Below are positions 52,368-64,000 of a stretch of DNA of 64,000 nucleotides, one piece after another. The notes below the pieces were generated by a model. The model made no database searches. It saw only the letters and a list, made by a program, of their open reading frames with translations, and was not told the DNA's origin. Where the stretch lies: assembly GCA_002269645.1 (NCBI GenBank), contig NIVC01001223.1:62001-126000 (forward strand), in the 5' to 3' direction. A program made the position numbers and the translations under genes. Positions within the stretch are counted from its first letter, which is position 1. Each line of letters starts with the position of its first letter. The DNA comes from Macrostomum lignano. Taxonomy: Eukaryota.

Positions 52368-52869
52368 CTGAAATGATAGAATTGAAATGCAATAGACATG
52401 GTTAGGTAGCAGCGGTTTCATTTAGTATGGCGATAATGATCACTAGTTCAGAAAAAATATAAAATTAAGAAATGGCATCTCGTAAAAAAACTAATACTCA
52501 AACAAAACAAAACTCGAGGAAGAAAATTCAAGTAGAAATTCCATTTTTTCTAAGATCGTTGATTTCCGTGACACCCCAACTCCCAAAGATCCCAATCTCC
52601 ATCACACCCCAGCACACCAAAGATCCCAATCCCCGTGACAACCCATGACACAGACCCCAATTCAATTGGGAGACTTCTCAAGAGATCTCATTCTAGTAAA
52701 TATCAAATTTTCAAAGAAATCACCCATTCTCCAGAGATCTGGATCCAAATCAGTATTGGTGTCTTTTCAAAAGCAAAAATTCCAAAGTCCAGCTTCCAAA
52801 TAAGGATCCTTTAATCTGGAAAGTATCCCACTCTGACAAAGAAAATCCGTCCCAACTCAAAGCACTCAC

Positions 52870-53151
52870 GAATAACCAAATTGATGCAGCCGAACACCAT
52901 AATGTAGACACAATAGACGGTCACGCTGGCCAAGAACAAATAAAAATATCGATAATTCCGCCTGCCAACGCAGTTGCCAACCCACGGGCAGTGGTGATCG
53001 AATCTGTCAACGCAATTGTCGCATGTAGAACAGTGGCTGGCCCTTGGCGGCCGCCACAGCTTGCAGGTCTGGCAGAATTTCAGCTTGAATAATCGGCCAT
53101 TGATTCGAATGTCGCGCAATGTCTCGTATTGCGGAACCGTGCTGTGCGAGG
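52870..53151 (-). CDS. ZDHHC14: ZDHHC coding exon 2 with the DHHC Cys-rich domain ([44 protein letters not shown])
   Basis: DHHC motif; C|gtgagt donor; acceptor at 53151 inferred from phase. Confidence 0.93.
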
Positions 53152-53204
53152 CTTGACGTGGGTTTTATTATCGATTTATAGATTTTGTCAGATTGTGGCT
53201 GATT

Positions 53205-56200
53205 TTGAGCCCGATTAGCCAACCAATATTGACAGTTTTTGAGCCCGATTAGCTAACCAATATTGACAGTTTTTGAGCATAATTAGCCAACCAATATTGA
53301 CAGTTTTTGAGCCTAATTAGCCAACCAATATTGGCAGTTTTTGAGCCCGATTAGCCAACCAATATTGACAGTTTTTGAGCCCGATTAGCTAACCAATATT
53401 GACAGTTTTTGAGCCTAATTAGCTAACCAATATTGACAGTTTTTGAGCCCGATTAGCCAACCAATATTGACAGTTTTTGAGCCTAATTAGCCAACCAATA
53501 TTGACAGTTTTTGAGCCTAATTAGCTAACCAATATTGGCAGTTTTTGAGCCCGATTAGCCAACCAATATTGACAGTTTTTGAGCCTAATTAGCCAACCAA
53601 TATTGACAGTTTTTGAGCCCGATTAGCCAACCAATATTGGCAGTTTTTGAGCCTAATTAGCCAACCAATATTGGCAGTTTTTGAGCCCGATTAGCCAACC
53701 AATATTGACAGTTTTTGAGCCCGATTAGCCAACCAATATTGACAGTTTTTGAGCCTAATTAGCCAACCAATATTGGCAGTTTTTGAGCCCGATTAGCCAA
53801 CCAATATTGACAGTTTTTGAGCCCGATTAGCCAACCAATATTGGCAGTTTTTGAGCCCGATTAGCCAACCAATATTGACAGTTTTTGAGCCCGATTAGCC
53901 AACCAATATTGGCAGTTTTTGAGCCTAATTAGCTAACCAATATTGACAGTTTTTGAGCCCGATTAGCCAACCAATATTGACAGTTTTTGAGCCTAATTAG
54001 CCAACCAATATTGGCAGTTTTTGAGCCCGATTAGCCAACCAATATTGGCAGTTTTTGAGCCCGATTAGCCAACCAATATTGGCAGTTTTTGAGCCCGATT
54101 AGCCAACCAATATTGACAGTTTTTGAGCCCGATTAGCCAACCAATATTGGCAGTTTTTGAGCCTAATTAGCTAACCAATATTGACAGTTTTTGAGCCTAA
54201 TTAGCTAACCAATATTGACAGTTTTTGAGCCTAATTAGCTAACCAATATTGACAGTTTTTGAGCCCGATTAGCCAACCAATATTGACAGTTTTTGAGCCT
54301 AATTAGCCAACCAATATTGGCAGTTTTTGAGCCCGATTAGCCAACCAATATTGACAGTTTTTGAGCCCGATTAGCCAACCAATATTGACAGTTTTTGAGC
54401 CCGATTAGCCAACCAATATTGGCAGTTTTTGAGCCTAATTAGCTAACCAATATTGACAGTTTTTGAGCCTAATTAGCTAACCAATATTGACAGTTTTTGA
54501 GCCTAATTAGCTAACCAATATTGACAGTTTTTGAGCCTAATTAGCCAACCAATATTGACAGTTTTTGAGCCTAATTAGCCAACCAATATTGACAGTTTTT
54601 GAGCCTAATTAGCCAACCAATATTGGCAGTTTTTGAGCCCGATTAGCCAACCAATATTGACAGTTTTTGAGCCCGATTAGCCAACCAATATTGACAGTTT
54701 TTGAGCCCGATTAGCCAACCAATATTGGCAGTTTTTGAGCCTAATTAGCTAACCAATATTGACAGTTTTTGAGCCTAATTAGCTAACCAATATTGACAGT
54801 TTTTGAGCCTAATTAGCTAACCAATATTGACAGTTTTTGAGCCCGATTAGCCAACCAATATTGACAGTTTTTGAGCCTAATTAGCCAACCAATATTGGCA
54901 GTTTTTGAGCCCGATTAGCCAACCAATATTGACAGTTTTTGAGCCCGATTAGCCAACCAATATTGACAGTTTTTGAGCCCGATTAGCCAACCAATATTGA
55001 CAGTTTTTGAGCCTAATTAGCTAACCAATATTGGCAGTTTTTGAGCCCGATTAGCCAACCAATATTGGCAGTTTTTGAGCCTAATTAGCTAACCAATATT
55101 GACAGTTTTTGAGCCTAATTAGCTAACCAATATTGACAGTTTTTGAGCCTAATTAGCTAACCAATATTGACAGTTTTTGAGCCTAATTAGCCAACCAATA
55201 TTGACAGTTTTTGAGCCTAATTAGCCAACCAATATTGGCAGTTTTTGAGCCCGATTAGCCAACCAATATTGACAGTTTTTGAGCCCGATTAGCCAACCAA
55301 TATTGACAGTTTTTGAGCCCGATTAGCCAACCAATATTGGCAGTTTTTGAGCCTAATTAGCTAACCAATATTGACAGTTTTTGAGCCTAATTAGCTAACC
55401 AATATTGACAGTTTTTGAGCCTAATTAGCTAACCAATATTGACAGTTTTTGAGCCTAATTAGCTAACCAATATTGACAGTTTTTGAGCCTAATTAGCTAA
55501 CCAATATTGACAGTTTTTGAGCCTAATTAGCTAACCAATATTGACAGTTTTTGAGCCTAATTAGCTAACCAATATTGACAGTTTTTGAGCCTAATTAGCT
55601 AACCAATATTGACAGTTTTTGAGCCCGATTAGCTAACCAATATTGACAGTTTTTGAGCCTAATTAGCTAACCAATATTGACAGTTTTTGAGCCTAATTAG
55701 CTAACCAATATTGACAGTTTTTGAGCCTAATTAGCTAACCAATATTGACAGTTTTTGAGCCTAATTAGCTAACCAATATTGACAGTTTTTGAGCCTAATT
55801 AGCTAACCAATATTGACAGTTTTTGAGCCCGATTAGCTAACCAATATTGACAGTTTTTGAGCCTAATTAGCTAACCAATATTGACAGTTTTTGAGCCTAA
55901 TTAGCTAACCAATATTGACAGTTTTTGAGCCCGATTAGCCAACCAATATTGACAGTTTTTGAGCCTAATTAGCTAACCAATATTGACAGTTTTTGAGCCT
56001 AATTAGCTAACCAATATTGACAGTTTTTGAGCCTAATTAGCTAACCAATATTGACAGTTTTTGAGCCTAATTAGCTAACCAATATTGACAGTTTTTGAGC
56101 CTAATTAGCTAACCAATATTGACAGTTTTTGAGCCTAATTAGCTAACCAATATTGACAGTTTTTGAGCCCGATTAGCTAACCAATATTGACAGTTTTTGA

Positions 56201-56355
56201 GCCTAATTAGCTAACCAATATTGACAGTTTTTGAGCCCGATTAGCTAACCAATATTGACAGTTTTTGAGCCTAATTAGCTAACCAATATTGACAGTTTTT
56301 GAGCCCGATTAGCCAACCAATATTGGCAGTTTTTGAGCCCGATTAGCTAACCAAT
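53205..56355. repeat. 34-bp minisatellite (GAGCC[CG/TA]ATTAGC[C/T]AACCAATATTG[A/G]CAGTTTTT), about 92 copies, in the first coding intron of ZDHHC
   Basis: Period 34. Confidence 0.98.
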
Positions 56356-56543
56356 TTTTGGCGAATTTCAAAACCTCGACGACCACCTGAAGTCCCTACA
56401 AGTCTATTACATTAGTTGGGTTCTGAGACAGATTAAATGTATTTTACAGTGTAGCTCGTACTTTTCCATGGAAATCAATAAAGTGCACCCGAATCCAGAT
56501 TCTCCCTATCTAAAAAATCAAGCTCTAAAAGATGCAAACTCAC

Positions 56544-56844
56544 CCATCTCAGCCTCCATCCAGGCAGCCTCGTCGGGCCCAGCCCTGGGAATGATGCCCG
56601 GATCGCTCAGGGTGGTGCGCAGCAGGCAGGCCAGCACAAAGCCACACTGCAGCACGGCGAAAACTGGCACAGCTGGCGACAGATTCACTGCCAAAAAACG
56701 ACAATCGAACGCGAAGAATAGTCCCGAAAACACCACCACCAGAAGCAGGGTTAGGTAGAACACTGACAGGTTCCTAGCGCACACGCAGCGACCATTGCAG
56801 GTGATCCAGCTCTTACCCTTGTACTGCTCCCAGCGCTTTGGCAT
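56544..56844 (-). CDS. ZDHHC14: ZDHHC coding exon 1 (MPKRWEQYKGKSWITCNGR...SDPGIIPRA...EAEM)
   Basis: ERF2-clade N-terminus (W...G....CNGR), TM1-2, DPG motif; G|gtgagt donor. Confidence 0.93.
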
Positions 56845-57278
56845 TGCAACACCCTCCTGCTTTTAGCTGGTCAGCTTCAGTGAGCATGCAATAAATTATA
56901 AAGGCTGCTAAATAGGCATAAGAAGCAGCTGCCTATAAGCTGTACTAAAAAATGTTAAATCATAGAATAAATTAGAAAAAACAAAGTTTTAGTGTATCTA
57001 TATTTTAAAATATATCTAACTACAATTTTTAGTATATTGGATTTGATTGGTTTGATTATGGAAATGGGACATCTAAAATAGTTTACTAACTTTTTAAAAA
57101 TCTCCTATAACCTTATGAATAAAAATATAAGTACTTAATTGCTTTAAACATGAAATGAGTCATTTCACTTGACAAAAAAATTAACAAAGCAAATTTTACA
57201 ACCAAGCTTTGAATAATTTATGCAAATCAAAAGAAAAAAACATGTTAGTTTTAAATAGTCGCTTATAGAATATGTAAT

Positions 57279-57855
57279 CCAGGTTGCGGATGGTATGCAT
57301 GTACGCCGGAACTTTTCCGGCGTACAAAACGGCCACCCTCAGTCCTTGGCGTACACAATCGGCGTACACAACCCCTGGCGCACTTTGTTGGCGTACACTA
57401 TTGGCGTACACAAGTAACACAGCCACGCATACTTTTTTGGCGTACAAATTTTGGTGAATCAATTCATGCCGTGCATGAAAATTGTAATGTAAATTAATGT
57501 TTTTACGTAAAGTAAAGGAAAATTTATATCGTCAGTGATAAACTTTTTGCTTATTTTAAGTTAAAAAAAAATTAAACTAGTGTAAAATTTTGCTGAAAGT
57601 ATTAACTTTGCATGATATTTTTTGTAGGTGTTATTTAAGTTTGTTTAAACTGACAATATTCGTAATATTTTAAAGACACTTTTCATACGAAAGCCTTTCC
57701 TAGAAAACTCTACTCGTGAAAACCGAATGACCCTTTTTTTGGAATTTTTAGTGTACATTTGAGTGCAACTTTTTGTTTTTGGCGTACACTGGCGTACAAA
57801 GTCCTTGACGCCCGAATTTTTTCCGGCGTACACGGGTACATGATCCGCACACTGG
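57279..57855. mobile_element. Non-autonomous hAT-type element (577 bp) with an 8-bp TSD and GGCGTACA subterminal repeats
   Basis: TATGTAAT at 57271-57278 and 57856-57863; imperfect TIRs CCAGGTTGCGGAT / ATCCGCACACTGG. Confidence 0.88.
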
Positions 57856-60800
57856 TATGTAATAGGCCTAATATTTAAAATAGGCAGATCCTGACCTGAT
57901 GGATGAAGCCACTGTTGGCAATAGTTGATACATGTGAATCTGATTTATGAAAATCCCACAAAATTCACCCTTTTAATTTTATGGATCCATGCAACAATGA
58001 TTTAGAAGCTTATATGTGAAGATGGGTATGAAATTTCGTACATACTGAGAATTCATATTGTTTTATTCTCTGGCATTGCACTTTAAAGTCCTTCGAAAGT
58101 ATATTTAGCTTTAATGTAAATTAAAAAAATGTCAACCTTAATTATTCAGAAATTTATTCTTCTACTTTTAATATTTTCATTCAGAAATACAAAACTAAAG
58201 TAAAAAATTTAGTTTTAAAAAATTGTCTTAGATTATAGAATTTTTAATTGATTATTTTTTTTAACAATCTAATCTAAGCACGTTCTGCATACAAGTAATG
58301 AGACTATGATGAGTTAGTTAGAAGAAAGGCAATACTTGAAAATACGAAGTAAATTACAAAACTGAAATCCGCCAAATAACAGATTACTTCTAAAGTTTAT
58401 AATGCAAAAGAGGTATATCGTTTTTAAAGAAATAATTTAATAATATTTGTTTATGTAAACTATTTTATTAATCAGTTCTTTTTAAAATTACAACTATACT
58501 TTGTTAAGAAGAGTTGTTCTAATTTTCCGGACTTTTACACTTGAAAATATGACATTTGACATGACAATCAGTCAATGCATTCTTATGCAATACAGGTACT
58601 AGCCAATACTAGGGACAGGAAAACGAAAAAAAGTTGGAAATTGATTTATTATTCTCTTAGTCCTCGAAAGGCATTATTTTGATTGGATTAAGTTTTACCA
58701 CAGACAAAAAAGTCACTTGAATTCAAGAATTCAAATATACATTTAACACTAAAATAGTCGGAACTCGCAGTACTCCAACGTTTGTTGTTTCACATCAATA
58801 GTATTGAGTAGTCCCTGTTGCAATATTTAAAACAATACAACAATTAGTATTGCAGGACACAGACGCATCATTAAAACTTGCGAGAACATTTCACATGTCA
58901 ATCACCTTTTCTCTAATACATCACAGCTATAACTCTAATTCAACGCAACTGGGGAAGGGAGGCAGGGCCACCACTCTTCAGTGGAGATTCGGAAAAGATG
59001 AACGGGTGAACCAAGTGCACATTCGCCAAAATACAGGCCGGCCCCTTTGGTCTTCACCCAAATGCATCCGGTTCAGCCATTAAATGCCAACACGAACGAA
59101 ACAGAAGCAGAAAAAGAAAACCTTACTTTGGATAGCTTAAGAAAGGGGTAAGCTGCTTAATTTTACAAGTAAAAAAGTATTTTAGAAAGTTTTTTGTTTT
59201 ACTATGTATTTGTAAAGCGCGCACATTTGGCCGAAGGGTCTCCCTAAAACACGCCCCGCACCGCCCCAGCAGCGCTACACGTTATAACAATTTGGTTTGT
59301 AAGACTTTGCAAAATAAGTTTTATGCTAAGATAAAAATTTTAATTAAATGCATTTATTTTATTAGAAGTAGAAAATCCTAAGTTTAAAGAATTTTTAGCA
59401 GAAAGCGCACTAGACTTGTCAACAGGTATTCAACTTTACCGTGTTACATTAGTTTGTTGAATCGTGAATAGAAAATAACACGTGCTTATATAATACGTTG
59501 AATCTAATACACTTATACACGGTCATTTTGTTAGGAGCTCCACTCATGATGAAGCTCTCTGAATATCTAAGCTAACACCAACGGTAAAGTAATTACATTA
59601 AGACAATTCTAAACTAACCAACAAGCAATATACACGCTTCAAGTATCTAACCAAAGAACTAGAAAACCAACAAGTCCAGGTAAGCTACTTTAGTCATCTA
59701 GCGTAGCAAAGCGAAAGTAAAGCCGTAGGCCCCCACAACAGTGTCAATAACTTAATGTATCTTTGGTTCTCTTTCAACAAGAAATACCGTCTGCCTGCTG
59801 AGTAAACGAAGTGGTTGTAACTACATTTCATCTGCTATTTAATAGCATAACTTGGTTAGCCTAGCCCTAGGTCTAGGTTATAGCCAAAATTTCACTCGAA
59901 TGTTGTTACAAGCCTTTTTTTAATTTAGCGGCAGATTTTGCATCTTTAACGCCCCCAAATTTTCTGGAATTTTTTTCACCTACACTTGCACTTTTTTACT
60001 CTGAATCTCTGATGTTATTTTTTATTATTTCTCCTGCATTTGATTTATATTTAATGTCTAATGCATTATTCGATTGTATATAGTATTGATTATAGTTGGC
60101 TCATTTCATTTTTCAGACACTAAACATAAATAATTAATTCAACAATATGCCAGTAATAAAGTACATTTTTATGATAGTAACAAATTAAAACAGCATATTT
60201 TTTCAAAGTCTATATTAACCAATATAATTAGATGGCTTAGAAAAAATACACAGTAAGCAAAATAGCACATATTCCAGATTGAAAAAAGGACAAGTTCTAA
60301 TAACAGGGAACACAAAAATTAAAAAGTAACAGGGATATATTAGAATTTAACATTTCAAGAGAACAAAAAAGTGCTTTTCAAAAATGTTATAACAGAAAAA
60401 GTTGTAACAGTGCCATTTACTTAAAAACAAGAAAAAACATTATTAAACTAAAAGACTATTTACACTTAATTAGATCTTACTCTTTTAAATTTGGAAAAAA
60501 AGGCAAAAATGTTCAAAGTTGCAAAAAATATTGTTTTTTTATTCTCAAATAGACAAGTAGGCAAAATAGGCAAAATGGATTCTCAATAGACAAAATAGAA
60601 AAAAGTAACAAATAGTAACATCTGATGCATAAAGTGCCATTTTATATGAAATTTTTCTTGCTATATTGAAAGTAAAATAAATGTTGGCATTATAGCAATG
60701 AAGTAAGTTGAACACTTAATAATATAAATAACTTTAAGCATACAAACAGAAAAGGTTTAGACATAAAAAGTTTAAGTAAATACATAGCCATTTTCTTATC

Positions 60801-61374
60801 AGCAAACAATTTAATAATAATATGATGATTAGCTATAAATGAAAACCTCTAAACTATGATCTCATTGCCATTACCATTATGACATGGTTGTGCATTGTGC
60901 ACTCTTGGAATTCACTGTCCTTAACATTTTCATGCAAACAGACAGTTCAAAAGCACTCAGGTCCCAATACCTGACTCAGCACCCCTATCTAGCCTATCTA
61001 TTCTCCATACTCATGAACATTATCATGTACTCAATGTACCAAAATCTGTTTCATCAGTCAATAAATAGGCACTGCCACATGCTTTTTTCACCTTAGTGAA
61101 ACAAACTTACCAAGAAACAGGCATACAAACACAAGCTCATTGCTATACTATATACTACAAGCTATTTTTCTTTTAATCTATTTCACAGATTCACACAACT
61201 CTTTATTCAAAGTCCACTTCTTGCAGGGCTTTTTATGAAATGTAAATGCCCATTTGAAAATAATCATCAGTACTCTGCTATATATAATAAACGAGCTATG
61301 CTAGAAATTAGCTAAATTATTATTACCACAGGACGAAAATACAACAGTTTCGTAGCTTCAGAGTTGATAGAAAA

Positions 61375-64000
61375 TTAACCTTTCGGCTGACGTTTGTATA
61401 TAACTAGTCGAGCATCTGACGAAATATTTTTCAGCAAAGACGTAGAAGTGCTTAGCTCTGTGGTCATTAGATCGTCCAGCAAGTAGCATATGTCACCTTT
61501 TGATGGAAATACATAAGCGACGTAATGACCTTCGTCGACTCGTTCTCCCAGGTGCACAATCACACTTTAGAGGCAATAGCGCTGATTGTTATAGTCAATT
61601 TCTGGCGTTAAATCGAAGCCCACTCGGTTCTTGACAATAGTTGCCTGGCTTCTCAAGAGCCTGTTCACGACGAAGCACAGGAGAGGTGGCGCATTTTGAG
61701 GAGTTCTGCTATGAACGCAGCTACTTGTCTGACAGGCTGTGCATGTGATGTCATCAGACTCGTCCGGTCGTAGTGCCGCATTCACAAGCTGAATCAGCTG
61801 CTGTCCTTCAACTGGTTGAACCACCACGAATGTTTCATGCAAACTTTCAGTAGTCGCGGCATTATTGCACCGGAGACATAGGGTGGACCCGCCGAGCTAA
61901 AATAATAAAGCCAAACAGCTGAGACGGAATTGAAAACATCGATTTAAAGTGCCTGTACTCTCTTACTGCCATCTATGCTGTACGTGTCCGATCCTGGATT
62001 CATATTTGTTTACATGTATTTGCCTCTTTTTACTACATTAGTTCCCTATGATATTGTCGTTTCAAATGGTTTCCGTTCAAAAAGTAAAGCAAGTTTCTGT
62101 ACTCGTAAGTGCTTTTTGAAATTTAGAAACGAGAAGTATTACCTGAATTCTAAACTGGCGACGAATAGTCTGCAGCTTTTGAGAAATGAGCACGAAAAAT
62201 TCAAAGCAGTCGTTATATTCGTTGGTATTTATTTGACCAGCCGTACAGCATTCTTCCAATGCAGTGTTGTACAAATATTCGCTGAATCCAGATCTGCTCG
62301 AAATGTTGGCCAAGAGTCGTATAAGAAAGGACGAATTCACGGCTGTTTCAGAAAAATTTCTCCCTGACAATGCCGCACCAACTGCGTGAAGACTGGCGTT
62401 GAACCAACAGAGTTTTCCATTACGATTGGGTAGGCCGAATGGACGATAGCCTGATGTCGATAGCGCCGAAGCTTCGACAGTAACAAAACTGGCGACATGA
62501 TCAGAACAATCAACAAAAGCATGAGCGGCTGGCTCGTTTATCACTGTTGGCAGTGGCGGATCTAGGATTTTATTTAAGGTGGGCGGTCCAAGTTTGTGGC
62601 GCAACATGAGTATGAGGGGCGCCAATTTTTAAGCTAGGGGCGCAAAAAATGCGTGTAGGGGGCGAAAAATCAAGTTTAAAGGGCACAAACTTAGGTTTTT
62701 TGGGGGGGGGGCAATATGTTTCATCCAGCTGTTTCGGGGGGGGGGGGGGCGCTCCCCCCCCCCCCCCCCCCCTAAATCCGCCCCTGACTGTTGGTATTCG
62801 TGGAAACTCACCATTGCTACGGTTAGCAGACTCACAAGTTATAGATTCATGTGCACGTTCATGACGCCAAAGCTTATTTTGTTCGATGCGTTCCTCTCGA
62901 GAAAATCCTTTGCGTCGACGTCCCTTATTCGATCGAGAAGCTTTTAAGATTTTGCCGATTCCTACAGGCTTCTCGGCAACTCGGGGCAATCCAATTTTTC
63001 GTCTAACCGCTGCGATATGCGAACACGATTGAGCAGAGACACAAGAACACGAAGCAACGCCGTTGCTAAATGTCACAACATTATTTCGTCCGGCAACGTT
63101 AGTCACTATGAAGTTACCAAGAGTAGGGTTGAATGAAACTTTATGTTGCTCACTAAGCAAGCTGATCCGTGTCGACTGTTCGTTGTCGTCTAGATCGACA
63201 TTAACTCGCACAGATTTGTGGCTAGATTCTCCAACGGGCTGGTGAACAGGAGTACCAGTAGCATCATTGGACAATGAAGGCCCCGTGCCACCTGACTCAT
63301 TGCTGTTGCTATCATAGAAACTCATGTTGGGACGTATGACAGTCACTTTAATCGCACCAATTTCTCGAATTTCTCGAGTCGCTGAAGTCTGAGAGTGCCG
63401 GCGTTGAATGTTCGCAGCTATTTGTTCTAACGACAACGATGGAGAGAGTGTTACAGTTTCGGGCGACTGTTGTAGATGTTGGAACTCCGGCTTTAGTGTA
63501 GTTTCCTTGGCCACACAAACCACGAAGAATTTCGTTCCTGTAGTATCGAGAAGTTTGGTAAAGTCCGACAATGCAGTCATCGATCGTTGCATCCTTGAAG
63601 TTAAGCACACGCTTGAGCATTGCGTTTATTGATTCTGATTGGTTCTGAGTTACACCGGTAACTGGGCAGTAGTGCGATTGTAGAATCCACTTTGCAAAAA
63701 ATTTAGGGATTAATGGGTGAATTTGATTGTCAAAATAAGCGGCAAAACTTGGATTCCAGTTTTTTTTGCAGCTTGCATACTGGGCATTGTACTGCTCGAT
63801 GCTGTCTGTTTCTAGCAGGGAGAGTAGATCTGCTGAAATCATGTCTTCATCAGCCGATGTTCCACCGTTCTTGCGAATCCAGAACCGGACGTCCCGCTTC
63901 AGATGGTTCCAGCATCCCAAAAATCGGATATTGGGGAAGACAGAAGCCATCGAATTTCTCAGCCCAATTTCTCCATCCATAACGCATGCCACATTAGTAG
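61375..64000 (-). pseudogene. Decayed Mutator-like (MULE) transposase - SWIM finger - USP/C19-like peptidase gene; its 5' part lies beyond the window
   Basis: MULE motifs (VMDGEIGLRNSMASVFPNIRFLGCWNH; TQNQSESIN), SWIM CSC-x5-CSH, USP Cys box (GLPNRNGKLCWFNASL) and His box (IVHLGERVDEGHYVAYV..YLLDD); one frameshift (near 63497), one MITE insertion, one in-frame stop (61567-61569) and a GT-AG intron at 61897-62142. Confidence 0.85.
62551..62786. mobile_element. 236-bp hAT-type MITE inserted in the MULE ORF
   Basis: TIRs CAGTGGCGGATCTAGG / CCTAAATCCGCCCCTG; 8-bp TSD ACTGTTGG at 62543-62550 and 62787-62794. Confidence 0.93.

Noticed and set aside
53205-56355. CRISPR-like periodicity (34-bp unit with a short palindrome); also the 44-bp array at 48612
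   Set aside because: Units are contiguous with no unique spacers, there are no cas genes, and the context is eukaryotic introns

Overview
Eukaryotic (animal) genomic DNA: GC3-rich exons in AT-rich, satellite-packed introns. The style suggests an invertebrate such as a macrostomid flatworm, but this is inference and the species is not confirmed. Five conserved spliced genes were reconstructed by hand from splice sites and protein motifs. (1) PSMC3/Rpt5 on the minus strand, running off the left edge. (2) AP-3 mu subunit on the plus strand, 7 exons, head-to-head with PSMC3. (3) Enkurin on the minus strand, 3 exons. (4) A lin-29/rotund/ZNF362-384-type six-finger C2H2 factor on the plus strand, 2 exons. 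(5) A ZDHHC9/14/18-type palmitoyltransferase on the minus strand that contains a canonical U12-type AT-AC intron. The most unusual items are a decayed, spliced Mutator-like transposase ORF fused through a SWIM finger to a complete USP/C19 deubiquitinase-like domain (61.4-64 kb), and an orphan ORF for a secreted 8-Cys knottin-like peptide with a possible C-terminal amidation signal (46066-46323). The rest of the window is more than 20 tandem arrays, three MITEs with clear TIRs/TSDs, two RTE-like LINE 3' fragments and a tRNA-headed SINE-like insert. Nearly all long ORFs in the supplied track are artefacts of repeats.
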